Source: Dudresnaya verticillata (taxonomy: Eukaryota). Taken from it: a DNA stretch of 64,000 nt. Of this stretch, positions 1 to 13,000 are shown piece after piece (position 1 is the first letter of the stretch; every line of letters begins with the position of its first letter). The stretch is taken from the NCBI GenBank assembly GCA_977862235.1, contig OZ374558.1, positions 1,054,001 through 1,118,000 on the forward strand, given 5' to 3'. The notes under the pieces were generated by a model that was not told where the DNA came from, did no database searches, and worked only from the letters and a program-made list of their open reading frames with translations. Position numbers and translations under genes: made by a program.

Positions 1-794
1 TCGCGCTGCTTCGACGAGTCTGGCGGCTGTCGCCTGCACAACGGCGTCGTGGCGAGTAATGCGGGGAGATCCGTACGGGCAGACAAGAGCATGGCCTCCA
101 TACATGTCCATTTTCGCAGCCAGGCCGTCCGCATTTCTCCAGTGAGTTAAACCGAGGGACGCTACAGTAGAATTTGAACCATGTTGTAAACTCAAGGGGA
201 GATATGTGGGACTGAAAGGCTTGGCATGGAGAACAGTTTAACCAGTCTTTGGCGCCGGGAAGGGTCATGCACTTGCGCATGGCGATTGTGCGAATGTTCC
301 CTGGAGAGACACGTGATGTTACGCCAACGTGGACGGCATCGGAAAATTGTTTCTAAGTAGGGAAGTCCGTCGATATCCAGGTCTCTAGGGCCCCGATCTT
401 GTCCCGGATGGCATTGTCCGGCCCGCAGAGAGATTTCCAGCGCCCATAGGCATCATTTGTGTCGCATACTCCAAGGCTGCTAGGGTACGGGTGTCCTGAG
501 ATGCGAGCGCAGTTACGATTTGTTTGCGGCACCGACGCAAGAAACGCGCATGGTTAAGGCGTGACCGTGGAGGATACGCCGATGCCGGGGGTCGCCTGGG
601 TTTTCTGTAGCGCTCGCACTGGTAACTGTAGTTCTCTCCATGTAGCGATTGAGAGGAACCCGTCCAGCATGTCGCGGGAAACACTTGTAAATGCGTTGGT
701 CCAATGCTTGACCCGCAGCAAGGGACAGTCGTAGCGGTACTAGTCTCAGTAGATACATGACTTGACTGATCCCATAACAGTACCTGAGGAGAAG
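1..794 (-). pseudogene. C-terminal part of CRE copy 1 ORF (thumb, Zn knuckle, start of RLE)
   Basis: ORF 513-758 MYLLRLVPLRL matches MYLLRLLPPRL in copies 2 and 3. Bases 1-110 reverse-translate to MDMYGGHALVCPYGSPRITRHDAVVQATAARLVEAAR. Frameshifted. Confidence 0.85.
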
Positions 795-1558
795 TGTGGC
801 AGTATGGACGCTGTCAGCAGGAGGGCTTACAAGAACGCACTTCTTTTCGTGGGACAGACTGTCCCTTAATCAGGACAGCTGTCCTTTCATCGCTGTACAC
901 GTGGATGGCATTGGGATACACGTGTGTACACGTGGCCTTACCGCTGTACACGTGTCTTACACGTGGCATTGAAATCACGCCAGTTGGACACCTCGTATTG
1001 GCTGATTTATGACGCGCCGCTGCGCTCCTACTCACGAACGAGGAGCGCCTCTGTGCTCAGGGTATCGACAATGCAGCCGAGACCCTGGCTTAAACACCTG
1101 CGCATCCGCCACCAAGTCCCCTAACTGGAACGCATTCCTCCTTTTTAACTCGTACTGACTGTACTAACCCACGTAACTATAATCATAGACTAACTTAGAC
1201 CCCCTTTCGGGCTGATAGACTTTTCGGCTGTCGAGCCCTCCTTATCAGCGCCGGAATAGCCGGCGCCCTCATAATAAACACTCAGCGGAGTTGTTCGGAA
1301 AGTATTCACCTTTTGGTCGTTCGGACGCTCCGCGCGCGAGACGCGCCTGCAGAGGTCACCCAGTACAGGCCCGGACATCGTACGACACGTACTCTACGAA
1401 ATATCCGGTCGCAACCTCTATATTTTCCCTCAGTCGGTCGCGCCGAGTCTTTCCCATGCGTCCGCACCCCCCTTTCGCGTCATCAGGGTTCGAATCCTTT
1501 CTAGTCCCTACCAAACCTCCTTCGAGCTACCACCCATGAGCGTGTGATATCGGAAATT

Positions 1559-2936
1559 TGTTTTAGACGCTATCCGCGAAACAAAACCGTGGTCTCCGTG
1601 AAAAAATCGAGAAATACGAAGTTCGAAGTGACTCCGTGAATGCGCACGCCACGATGGCAAACGTATTACAGTGCGCCTACTGTGCGCGCGCCACGATGGC
1701 ATTCGCATTACAGCACGCACGTGATACGAAATCGCTGACACCTCGGGACGAATCCCAAGCTGGTTTCGTGATCGAGCGCGCCACGATGGCATTCGCATTA
1801 CAGTGCGCCCCCGATACGAAATCGCTGACACCTTCGTGACTTTCCCGTTTGCTTCCCGCGCGTAACGGCGCCGGGGCCCACGAGACACGCGCACCTCCGT
1901 ATGCATCGCTGGCACACTTCGTAACCGCCACCGTACGTGAGGTGACCATTCGTTGGCACCGAGGCCGTTACGAATCATTCGAGTACGAACCGTCTCCCGC
2001 GTTGACGTGTATTCGTGCTCACGTAGTATTACTTAGCCAGTCGTCTGGCACAACCTCCGAGGGTTTCCGGCAAGCGATTGGCGCCCGGACCTCGGAGTCT
2101 TCGGTAAACGCCTGTTGCTGTAAGGAAGTACCTTTTAGGTCTCTTGTGAACTCAAAGAGTGTATAAACTGAGTATACTCAATGAGAAAGCCACAGAGCGG
2201 GTACCTGGTAGCGATAGTAGAGCGGGAGGAACCCAGAGGGTAGACGAGGGCACGTAACCTGATTGGAATCACGATAGTGAAGGTAGTTCACTGGGCGGGC
2301 GGTTAACCGGGCAAGGGTGACAAGTGTGCTGCGGTGCCGATAGCTTGGAGACGTAGCTGGGGCCGGAAGGTGCTTACCTTTACTGTACAGTGACCGCTAC
2401 GGGAGATACCCTTATATGGTACTCCGACTGTCAGGCAGCACCCCTCATACTGGGCTATATACACGCCCCCTATCCTAAGCTATAATTTCTAAAATAAATA
2501 GACAGGTACTAAGCTACTGACCTGCAGGGTGACACTCGGACCAATCATAGGCTAGCCGTCTTGTCCCTGCTGGCGCCCAATGGGGAACGCTATTTCCGCG
2601 CATACACGCGGGCAGAGGGCCCACTTCTGTAAGCCCTTCACTGTATTACAGTTTCTTCGAGTTCGGTGTCTTCGTCTTCGTGACCGCGGATACGGTCGAG
2701 CCTCACTTTCGATAGCCCCGCGCACCCGGAGTCATCCCCGGTGATCGATCGCTCGAGTTCTCCCTTCCGCACACGAATACGTTGACACCGTGGTCCTTCG
2801 TGTTGGTCGCTCCGCTCTACCACGCTACCACCCCTTTTCTTTTCTCCGTTAGGCTACGAGGCCATTCGTTAGGATCCGAGGCCATTCCTTACAGTGCGAG
2901 ACTTCCCCGCGTCACCGTGGACTTCGTTATACCACA
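1559..2936 (+). repeat. 5' LTR (family C), interrupted by 2119-2650
   Basis: Near-identical to 6659-7481 once 2119-2650 is removed; ends TATACCACA. The 5' boundary is degenerate and approximate. Confidence 0.88.
2119..2650. mobile_element. 532-bp solo-LTR-like insertion in the 5' LTR
   Basis: TGTAA...TTACA ends; TSD GTTGC/GTTTC (1 mismatch). The 3' LTR shows the empty site CCTGTTTCTTCG. Confidence 0.85.
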
Positions 2937-2937
2937 C

Positions 2938-2950
2938 TGGTCTCCCGACC
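2938..2950 (+). promoter_or_regulatory. Putative primer-binding site
   Basis: TGGTCTCCCGACC one base after the LTR-terminal CA; priming tRNA not identified. Confidence 0.55.
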
Positions 2951-3007
2951 TAAAACGTGGTCCCGAAGTTTCGCATTTATTCGTAATTCGTTTCTATCCG
3001 AGACACG

Positions 3008-5025
3008 ATGTCTCACGCTCCGAGTCGTCCCGATTCGGCGGTACCGATTCCGGAGCTCCCGTTGTTCGACTCGAACGCGAGTAACCGAGAACCGTTTTCT
3101 CGCACTCGCGCTTCACGAATAATGGTACCCGATCTTCTCACAGACTCGCGTTCGCAGGCTCACGGTACCCAGTCCGACATTTCGTATACGTACACTCCGT
3201 TGGAAATCGTTCCCTCGGATACCGTCGATCGACTCTTCTCGATGAAGGAAGTCTCCGGTGCAGAACTACGTTTACTCTACGAAGAGGTCATCGAGGCGCT
3301 TTCCACTGCGTACCGTATCACGCAGCTCTCCAGCTCTCCATTCGTAATACGCATAATCGAGTTCACACAGAGTTCGACAAATTCCGCGCTGGCAAGGTCC
3401 GTAGGATCGAAGACTCACTCGAGCGTCTCCGGGATCTCGTCTCGGGAGTCAGCAACCAGTTTCTCGTGCTCGAGCGCAACGTATCCGCCCCCGTGGGCAA
3501 GGCGAGTCACTCGCCTCTCGTTCGCAGCTCGCACGCATTCTCGGAGGAACAGTTGAACGCTATTCGTGACATCGTGTCCGCCGCGTTACCGAAGGAAAGG
3601 ACTCGAAGTCGTGAAGATCGTCCCGAAGCCCGTCCTGACCCCCGCAATTAGCCGCTAGTTCAACCCGTGCACGGCCCGGGTGCCCAATCTACGTTACTGA
3701 AAAACATGTATCCGAATCAGTCTTCGCACCCTTTATCGCATCAGGCAACCGATGCCTCCGACAACCCCCGTATCAACCCCGCAGTGTTCCGAGCTTCACT
3801 TCAACCACCGATGTCCCCCGGAGGACCCGTAATCTAAAATCCGTTATCGCTCGCGGGACCCGTGTCATCTTTCTGGCACTGGGGACCGCTCGAGACGGGC
3901 GTCGAACCGATACCGACGCTCATTCCCAAATTCGCACGGGCCGTAAGCTATCGATCGTATCGACTCACGAATTTTTCACCTCGGGATAATCAACACGAAG
4001 TCTTCCGAGGTAACACATCGAAAAACGTTTCGCGCATGCGTTCGATGATGCCGAGACTCGAGAAGTTTACGGGACGCGATCCGATTAAGGTTCTCGCATT
4101 TCTTCGTGATATTCGACAAGCGCTGAACGGAGTCGGGCTCACCGAAGGAGCAGCAGTTCGCACGATCTCGTGGTTCCTCGACGAGACCGCGCTCAATGTG
4201 TATCAACACTATGCCTTCGGAGGCGTTCGTACTGGCAACCCGGTTTGCTGGTCCGCTATCGTGAACGTATTGCTCCAACGATTTCTCACGGAAGACGTAA
4301 TCGCTGACGCACACGATCTCGTGATTACCGCGAAGCAGAAGTCCGAAGAAACTTAGATGGAATTCGCGACTCGTCTACAAGGCTACGCGGATGTCTGCTC
4401 AGGTGTCTACGATGACTCTTCGTTAACGCACCAATCTATTCGTGGACTCCTACCTACTACGTACCCTATCGTGGCCGACCAGGTTCGCCGTTTACCGTTG
4501 TCCGAGCAAAAGAATTTCATGAGCGTACAACGAATCGGGCAAGCCGAAGGTACGACATTCCGAGCTCGCGAACTACGTGACACCGCGGCCCAACAGTCGC
4601 GTGATTCGAAGAACCGAGCGTCCGCTACGTACCCGAAGAGTCGCCAAGCGCCCAGAGGCACGATGCTTATCGAAGCTCGCGACACACCCGGGAGTGAATA
4701 CGAGTACCCGATGAACGAAGATCCGCAAATGGCCGTGATGATGATTCGTTCAGGAACCGGGTCCACATCCGCTACACCGACTACTTCGACAACGGTCTCC
4801 GTGGAAGATACGTTAGATCTCACGAGTCGCATCGAGCGTTTCGTACCCGCACGTGTCCCCCCGATGACCCCGGAGCAAATCGAGATGGCGCGTTCGATGA
4901 TCCCGAAGAACCAGGATGCGTGGCCGTGTTGGTTCTGTCGCGAAATCGGTCACCTGATTTATTCGTGTCCGAATCTCACGAAGGAGCAACAACTCTACTG
5001 CGCGTATCAGAACTATTTCTATTAA
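3008..5025 (+). pseudogene. Gypsy gag with premature stops
   Basis: Capsid-like LEKFTGRDPIKVLAFL...QKSEET*MEFATRLQ and Zn knuckle CWFCREIGHLIYSC (CX2CX4HX4C) near 4925-4968. Confidence 0.82.
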
Positions 5026-5471
5026 CTCGAGACGAGACCGTATACGCGTAATAACTTCGTTAATCGCGGTGTCGCAAAAGGGAATTCGTTCGCGTCCGTT
5101 GATAATCGAGGTCACCGTGGACAAGACTCCCGAGGATCGCGTGACAATCGCGTAAACCGAGATCTTCGTCAAGGCGATACGCGCTACCCGAGGGACCGAG
5201 CCCAACGTCAAGTCAGCTTTGAGCGTCGAGGACCGCCGACCGTCCTCCGCAATCCGAGACACGCGCAGACCCCGGGCCGTCAACCGGTTCTCGCAGTCCG
5301 TTAAAACGTTGACTCGATTGAGCCGAGTCACCCGAACCTGCCCTTGGAGGCTTACGAAGACTCCGCGAATAACGGAAGAGGTGATCGATCAACCCGCCCT
5401 TTGGACGCGGACGCTCGTAATTCGGATTCTAGTTCGAGTTCGGAAAACGAGTAAAGGCGAAGACGCCCGTT

Positions 5472-6344
5472 GTGTCACGTACTTCGTCTGAATCCGTTCC
5501 CCGAGACACTCCGCATATTCCGATTCCGAGAGCCGTTGCGATTCGAAGGAAGCGCGCTGCACGACGACGAGACCGAAAGCGATGTCGCGTCCTCGCGAAA
5601 GCCGCTTCGTGCGAAAACAATTCGAAGAAGATACCGCTCTCGAAGATCGAACCCGAAGTTACCACCGAGGGATACGTTTTCTTGATGACTTCGGAGATCT
5701 TCCTCGTGACCGGATCCATTGGCCTCGATGCCTCCGTAATGACGGCTCAGACGATTTCAGTCGATACGTGTTCCGGTTACAACCTAATAGCCCGGGCTGC
5801 GTTACCCACCGGTTGGGAAGCGAACGCGTCCACGATGGAATCAGCTCCGAGGCTCGCGTCCGCTGATCGCACCCCGTTGCGACTCGATGGTATCGTTTAC
5901 CCGACAGTCCGCCTTGGGAACGTCCGATACCGCTTACCCTTCGTGGTTGCGGAGAAACTCGCAGTCGACGTTCTCCTTGGAACTTCGTGGATGGACGCGC
6001 ATTTACGAAGCATCGAGCTCAGCCCACGGAGGCTCATCACGAAGAGTGGAAGCACGATTCCGATTATCAACCGCATTGCTGGATCGGCTCCGCCCGCTAC
6101 TAATTCGAAAAATCCGAAGCAGAAATTCGAGAAAACGCTATCGAAGCGACATCAACGCGAGCTCCACGACTGGGACCGAGACACCCGTACCATTCGTTTG
6201 AACCGCCGCGTCACCATACCGGGTTATTCGCAAAAGCTAGTCACCGTGACCTCGGAAGCACTCGGACTAATTCATATCGAACCGAATCCTTCGTTACAAC
6301 ACCAACACGGAGTAGGGCTCGGACCCAGCGCAACACGAAGTTGA
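5472..6344 (+). pseudogene. Retropepsin-like aspartic protease, pol truncated after it
   Basis: ISVDTCSGYNLI (DTG-like) and DVLLGTSWM flap/C-terminal motifs; no RT follows. Confidence 0.82.
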
Positions 6345-6645
6345 AATAACCCACGCGGCTCGCGCCCCGTCTCCGTGATCCGCGCGCACACGCGTCGACG
6401 GACGGCGCCGAAGCCCTAACCCGTTCTACGTACGCAAAAATATATTCGTGATTAGCCAATACGAAGGCGCCATCGCACACGTGATCCGAATTCAAATTCG
6501 TAAGCCCCGAGGCACCGCTGCGCGACGACGTGAGCTCGAAGCAATCTCCGCGCCGCCACTCCGATGGCTCCATCCGCGCTCCACCGGAGGAAACCGGGCC
6601 ACGCCAATTCGTGATTCGTAACCCGCGACCGGGACATTCGCTCTT

Positions 6646-6655
6646 GAGGAGGGGG
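6646..6655 (+). promoter_or_regulatory. Polypurine tract
   Basis: GAGGAGGGGG three bases before the 3' LTR start TGTGGTATAG. Confidence 0.75.
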
Positions 6656-6658
6656 CCG

Positions 6659-7481
6659 TGTGGTATAGACGCTATCCGCGAAACGACTGCGTGGTCTACG
6701 TGAAAAAATCGAGAAATACGAAGTTCGAAGTGACTCCGTGAATGCGCACGCCACGATGGCAAACGTATTACAGTGCGCCTACTGTGCGCGCGTCACGATG
6801 GCATTCGCATTACAGCACGCACGTGATACGAAATCGCTGACACCTCCGGACGAATCCCGAGCTGGCTTCGTGATCGCGCGCGCCACGATGGCATTCGCAT
6901 TACAGTGCGCCCCCGATACGAAATCGCTGACACCTTCGTGACTTTCCCGTTTGCTTCCCGCGCGTAAAGGCAACGGGGCCCACGAGACACGCGCACCTCC
7001 GTATGCATCGCTGGCGCACTTCGTAGCCGCCACCATACGTGAGGCGACCATTCGTTGGCACCGAGGCCGTTACGAATCATTCGAGTACGAACCGTCTCCC
7101 GCGTTGACGTGTATTCGTGCTCACGTAGTATTACTTAGCCAGTCGTCTGGCACAACCTCCGAGAGTTTCCGGCAAGCGATTGGCGCCCGGACCTCGGAGT
7201 CTTCGGTAAACGCCTGTTTCTTCGAGTTCGCTGTCTTCGTCTTCGTGACCGCGGATACGGTCGAGCCTCGCTTTGGATAGCCCCGCGCACCCGGAGTCAT
7301 CCCCGGTGATCGATCGCTCGAGTTCTCCCTTCCGCACACGAATACGTTGACACCGTGGTCCTTCGTGTTGGTCGCTCCGCTATCCCACGCTAACACCCCT
7401 TTTCCTTTCTCCGTTAGGCTACGAGGCCATTCCTTACAGTACGAGACTTCCCCGCGTCACCGTGGACTTCGCTATACCACG
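6659..7481 (+). repeat. 3' LTR (family C)
   Basis: TGTGGTATAG...CTATACCAC(G); direct repeat of the 5' LTR; internal ~65-bp tandem unit. Confidence 0.9.
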
Positions 7482-7689
7482 CGCAGGACAGCTGTCTTTT
7501 TCTGTTCTTTTGCTGTTCCTGGCCGGTGCCATACTGCTACAAGAAGGTAGGCAACCAGTGTGTTGTCAAGGTCCTGGATGGCTTCGAACATTTTGTCCAA
7601 GTTGTAGTGCCAGGGGTGGGTCCCTCTTTTCGCTTTGAGCGGGTTGATATCCCCGCGCCCGTGGCGTGAGGAGTTTTCCTCACGCACGG

Positions 7690-8830
7690 AGCAGGGTGAA
7701 AGGTGGGTGAAATTTGTGAAAAAGTCCCGACGGGTGAGTCTCACCTGCCAAATCACCCACCTCACGACGGTGATCACCAACCTCACCCACAACCTCACCC
7801 ACCCGCGCCACAGCAACGCCTCCTGAGCGGTCATGCGTGCACCTTTTTCACGCATACGTCGCAACTGCCCAGCTCGTCTCCCTCCCCACCTTTTTCACGC
7901 ACACGCCGCAACTGCCCAGCTCGCCCCCCGTCCCACCCGCCCTTCGTCACACGCCGTGCCTGTGCCGCGCCTGCCGAGCCCGCACGCCCCGAACGCCCCG
8001 ACCGCCACGCCCTACGTCACACGCCGTGCCTGCGCCGTGCCTGCCGAGCCCGCACGCCCAGTACGCCCCGATCGCCCCGCCCTACACCTACCGCGACGAG
8101 CGGGGTCTCGCTCGGGTGGCATTCTGTATCGGGTTGTGTTGCCTTCTCCCAGGCCTGCTTCGCTCGCCCTGCCTGCCCGCCCCTGCCGCCCTGCGTCGCA
8201 CTCCCCGACCGTCCCGCGTCGCACGCCCAGACCGCCCCACATCGCAATCCCTTCCGCCGGCCGTGACCGCCCCGCCCGTGCTGCCTGCCCTGCTGTGCCG
8301 ACCTAGCACATCTCGCCCCTCCCTGTTCGGCCGTCCTACCCAGCGCCGAGGTTCCACCACGCGGCGCCCGCTCTGCGTCGCCCTCCGTGCCCGCTCACTG
8401 TCCGTCCCGCCCTGCCCATCCCGCCCTGCTGTTGCACCTGCCCGCCGGTCTTGCCCAGAACGGCTCATCAACTTCGCCCCGCAGTCTGTGTGCCCCTACC
8501 GCCCTCCTTTCCCGCCTTGTGACGCCCGCCGTGCCTGCTCTGTGTCGCCATCCTTGCCCGCTCTCCCTGGCCCGCACGCCCCGACCGCCCCGCCCAGCTT
8601 GGAGCCTGAACACCACCGCACTGGCCCACTTCGGAAGCTCAACACCAACCCGGTCGACCCTGCCGCTCCGCGTCGCAATATCTTTCTGTCCGCCTGGCCA
8701 CCTCGCGTCCCACGCCCGCGGGCCTGTTGCTCACCCGGACCACCCCACGTCGCATACTTTCCCTGCCCGGCAACCTCTAGTTGCAAGCCCTTTCTGCCGG
8801 AGCGGCCGTTCCGCCCCGGGGTAGCCGCCA
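7690..8830. repeat. C-rich tract with local tandem duplications (possible subterminal region of another DNA transposon)
   Basis: ~37-bp duplication (7839/7888) and ~70-bp duplication (7947/8017); strong C skew like 28560-29100. Confidence 0.5.
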
Positions 8831-9089
8831 CGGGGTACCCCGTGGGTTGGGATCATCCGGATGCCTGGCCAGGCATGGACTTATACACGCGTATGCTGAC
8901 GCGTCTAAGCGATAGCTGATGATATTGTCTTGGTTGCGATGGGGAGCCGCATATGATTGGTACGACGTGATACTAGCAAGGAATTCCTCGCTTAAGCTGC
9001 AGTTGCCTCGCGCGACGCGATGTGCTCCCCCTCTAAGCGGCGCGTTTAGATGTTATTGGACTGTTGACTACGCCTACGGCTACTGCGTG

Positions 9090-10012
9090 TACGAGCAGGT
9101 CTCGTCCCCGGGGACGGAACAGCTGTCAAGTTTTGATCGTCTTGTGAATCTGGAAACATCTTACGACGAACTTTTGCGTCGAACTGAGCTCTCTCGTTTA
9201 AAGTCCACCGAGGGCGGACTTCAAACGCCTTGGGCGGTAACAGGGAAAACAAGAGAACAAAAGGGAAAAGGAGGGCAGAGAGAAACACGTCGTGTACGCA
9301 GTGCGGACGCGGAAGCGCGGTAGGTCAGACGCTTAGCGAGTAGGTACGCGTAGCGCGAGAAGGGTAGGCTGGATCAGGGCCGGCTTGCCGGGAGTTTACC
9401 TCAACGTCTGGGACGGATCAACTAAGTATAGAACTACCTAGCGGCGGTGGTGCGTGCGCGAGCGCCGCGCGGGAACTCGGGACACGTTTTGTCCCGAGGC
9501 GCGTCTGACAGATCCGTCCGTCATGCAGCCGCGTTTGACAGATCACGCGTAGCTCACCGCTCGAGTCCTTACACGTACACGTGGATGTACTTCCTTACAG
9601 CCGCACGCGTCCTGTGGAGCGTGCGATCTCGATCCGTACTAATCCCGATCCAATCCGGATTCGGGCCAACCATGCGGATGCGCCAGGCTTACAGGCGCGT
9701 GCCTTACACCTCTTGATCCCGATGTCTGATCTCGATGCTGGATCCCGATTAGATCCGGATCCGGGCCACGCTTACAGCGAACGTTCCCGCCACTGTGCCA
9801 TGCGCGCACTCGCGGCGCCGTACAGTGCTGCGGAGTCGGGCGTGCGGTCTGTACGCCAAATGAGCCGTTCTGGCCCGGGTGGCCAGCGGCATGCGTCGGT
9901 GACGTGTTTGCGCCGCGGGCGGGTTGAGGGCGCCGTTGGCGGTCGCCCGTCGGTAGACGCGGACATATCAACCCGATGAAAGCGAAATCGGGGAACCCTC
10001 CCTGGCACTACA
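9090..10012 (-). repeat. LTR family A copy
   Basis: Starts TGTAGTGCCAGGG on the minus strand at 10012; alignable to 43312-43790 (same strand) and to 10648-11701 and 48260-48757 (opposite strand). Left boundary approximate. Confidence 0.75.
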
Positions 10013-10029
10013 GTCTGCACCACACATGT

Positions 10030-13000
10030 CAGCCACATGGGACAGGAAGAAAAGAATTCGTCAGTCCCAAGTGGAGCTTTGAGTATATTTGTGCCCTCTC
10101 CATATGATTGGGACACATTGCATGGGTACAGAGCACGGGAGATAGAAGACGGCTCGGAAGGCCACCAGATCCTGCACTTCGCCGGATTGAGGTCGAGACC
10201 CCGGGAACGGACAGCGTTTGTGGCGTTGGAGTCGAGGTATTCTAACATACGTACGAGATGTCTGCGCGGACCCACTGCGTAGCCATCGTCCAGATAAAAG
10301 GCCAGAAGTGCTAGTGGCTCATTGCCATTGTCCTGATGGCTGCCCGAACTGTGTGCGGCTCCATTGATCGAATCATGTGTAGTCTCTGCGAGGACTACTA
10401 GGACCAGCTCGAAGACAACCGAGAGGAGAAGTGACTCCAGAGGATCGCCCTGCTGAACCCCTAGGACACTCAGGAGCAGGTGTCTGTCGTACCATAGGTT
10501 GGCGGGAGCTCTTGCATTGCAGTACTCTACCCATGCTGCCAGGTCCGGGAACGTTTCTCTGACTCCTCTGAAAAAGGCAGACCGACTGACCAGATTGAAC
10601 GCGTTCGAAAAGTCGACCTTGAGTAGCGCCACCTGATTTGAGCTCTTTGTAGTGCAAGGGGGGTGAGCCTCTTTTTCGCTCGGAGCGTGCTGTGGTGCAA
10701 GGGGGTGAGCCCCTTTTTGCGCTCAGAGCGTGCCATAAGACGTCTACCGACGGGCAATCGTAACCGCCGCTGGCGCGCGCGAACACGTCACGGACGGTCG
10801 GCCCAACGGCGTACGGACGCCACAACCGCCGCCGGGCATGGCGGTTCAAGCAATGTACGCCCGCGCGGCACGCATCCGGATCGCCCATCGGGATCCGGGA
10901 GGTATAAGGCGTGTACCTGTAATGATGGCCCAGATCCTGATGGGATCTGGATCGGACATCGGGATCAGATCGGGATCCGGTACAATGTAAGGCGTGCGCC
11001 TGTAAGGCACACCCACGCGCCAACAATGCTGGCAGGGATCGGGATCCGAATCTCGATCACCTCTACCGACGTGCGGACGCGGCTGTAGGCTACTCATTAC
11101 GCGCGCGCACGTCTGTAAGCTACTCCATACCCGCGGGTACGCGGCTGCATGGCGACGACGACTTGTGAGACGCACGGGGGCGCGACACGCGTCCCGAGTT
11201 CCCGCGCGCCACGCCGCGCCGGCGCAGCCCGCGTCATAGCGATAGTATATTAGGTATCCCGTCTGGGACGTTGAATAAACCCCGGCAAGCCGGTCTGCCT
11301 TCACAATTCGCCCTTCGCTCGTTAGCGTCACTGCCGCTACCCACTTTGGCTACGCGTTGCGACGATCGCGCTTCCGCGTCAATGTCCGTCTTTGACTTGT
11401 ATCCCCTTTTGTTTTCCCTCCGAGAAGCTCGGTGGTTCTTCACCCCCAGCGCTCAAGAGCGGACATCACCGCTGTTAGCCTGGGCTACGTGCCGGACTAC
11501 GACGCACTCATCCACTCCTTCGTGGACGTGTGTTTCCTTCTTTTCCATTTCTACCGCCTCGGGCGTTTACAGTCCGCCCTTGGCATGTTACCAGACTCCA
11601 CCCCCGTCTACCGCCCTCGGCACTCATCCGCCAGAGGCGAGCTACCGGCCGGACTACGAAAGGCCCTGACAGCATTTCCGTCCTAGACGTTTTGCACTAC
11701 ACTCTTATCTCTCACAGTAAGGGTTCTGAGAGAGTGGAATATTGTTTCGCAGCCACCTGGTGAGGACACGCCGAGTTGCAGTGGCGCGAAGTAATCTCGC
11801 GCATCTTTGGAAACGCGCGACATTAAACACGAGCCCACAAGTCGACGCAATGTTTCTCCAACGGCTATGGGGCGTATGTCTCCATTAGGTTTCTCAAGGC
11901 CTGTCAGCGGTGCTCCAGCGATCCATGGTGCAAGCGAGGGCGGCGCACAGCCCTCTACGAGCAGGTTGACAACTCTTGTGAGACGTGCTGCGAACGGGGT
12001 GGCTGAGTCCGGGTTGGGAGCTGCCAACAGCTCTGTGAGGTGATTTGTTTGAATCCCACTCCTCCTCCAGCTGACGCAGTAGAAAAGCGCTGCACGGCCG
12101 CGCTGACGTCCGCGACGCTAAACTGTGCGGCTGTAGGTTGTGGTGTGTCGGGGCAGATCGCTTCCGTCTCGGCTGGGGCGACAGCGTGAACCGGGTGTTT
12201 AGATCGCAGACTATGTGCTCATCAGTTGCAGTGGGTATTCCAGCTGGCATCAAGGCCTTTGCTTCTTTTCCAAATGCACTTTCTCATGCCAGAGAGACAG
12301 ACCGACGGGCGTTGGCGGTCGTCTGTGACTCTGGAGATACGGGAAGTCGGCCGTGGGTCGGCGCAGCCGATCCGAGCGCGATTCCCCAAAGATCCATGTA
12401 TTGCCCAGTTTCCCAAAGGCGTAGGTGGGACCGGATAAACTTCACCCTCGAACAGCCAATTTTTGTTCGCATTTACTTTGTAGGCTGTGTCAAAATGGCC
12501 TTGAGGAAGAGCAAAAGCTTTGTGAACCCCTGTACGCTGTCGCATGCCAATGGATCGCGCTGAAGCTTCCAGAACAATTGTCCCAGTGCCCTTGCAACCG
12601 CTCCTCTGACTCGAAACGGTATATGCTTGAGTATCGCGATTCGTGTTCGGCATATCTCGCCGAACATTGGTAGCATAGGGGACGTGTTGGTTCTTGAGTT
12701 GCAGGTGGATTCAGCGGCGGCGGTGGAGCGGGTGGGGTGCTGTCTGGAACAGGCACTACATTTCCGTCGGGGATGTGTGTTAGGACGTCTGCTGCGAAGT
12801 CTTCTGGGGGCTGTGAAACTGGGAAGAATCGGGGTCTCCTCGACGGGCGGACCGCACCAGGTGGGCAATATATGCAAGCCTTGTAGGTGAGCTGAACGGA
12901 CGACCCGGGCCTTTGGATACGACTCGTGTTCCGTTGAATGTGCGATGGGGTACGCAGAAGTGTTACTCGTGCTGGTGTGTCCAGTTTGTCATGGTTGAAA

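Larger units (their letters stand above)
1559..7481 (+). mobile_element. Non-autonomous Ty3/gypsy LTR retrotransposon (LTR-gag-protease-LTR; no RT/RNaseH/integrase)
   Basis: Paired LTRs ~1559-2936 and 6659-7481. TGG-starting PBS-like site after the 5' LTR and purine tract before the 3' LTR. CCHC gag and aspartic protease inside. Confidence 0.88.
795..7541. mobile_element. Solo-LTR-like insertion (own sequence ~795-1555 + 7482-7541) hosting a nested gypsy element
   Basis: Ends TGTGGCAGTATGG...CCATACTGCTACA (13-bp imperfect inverted). Perfect 5-bp TSD AGAAG at 790-794 and 7542-7546. Removing it restores the CRE frame VAYLLLRYCYG. Confidence 0.85.
7603..10024. mobile_element. Composite LTR-derived insertion in CRE copy 1
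   Basis: TGTAGTGC...GCACCACA ends; TSD CAAGT/CATGT (1 mismatch). Removing it restores the CRE frame FLSHVADLDKMFEAIQDL. Confidence 0.75.

Noticed and set aside
1485..1513. tRNA-like 3' end (GGGTTCGAATCC...ACCA)
   Set aside because: Spacing from T-loop to CCA is two bases too long, the T-stem pairs poorly, and no D or anticodon arm can be built upstream.
1636..1840. Repeat-spacer-like units (GCCACGATGGCA...TTACAG) as a CRISPR array
   Set aside because: These are ~65-bp tandem units inside an LTR, duplicated in the other LTR. There are no unique spacers and no cas genes.
7703..8919. Long Pro/Arg-rich ORFs in several frames
   Set aside because: Artefact of C-rich, stop-poor repetitive DNA; no domain motifs.
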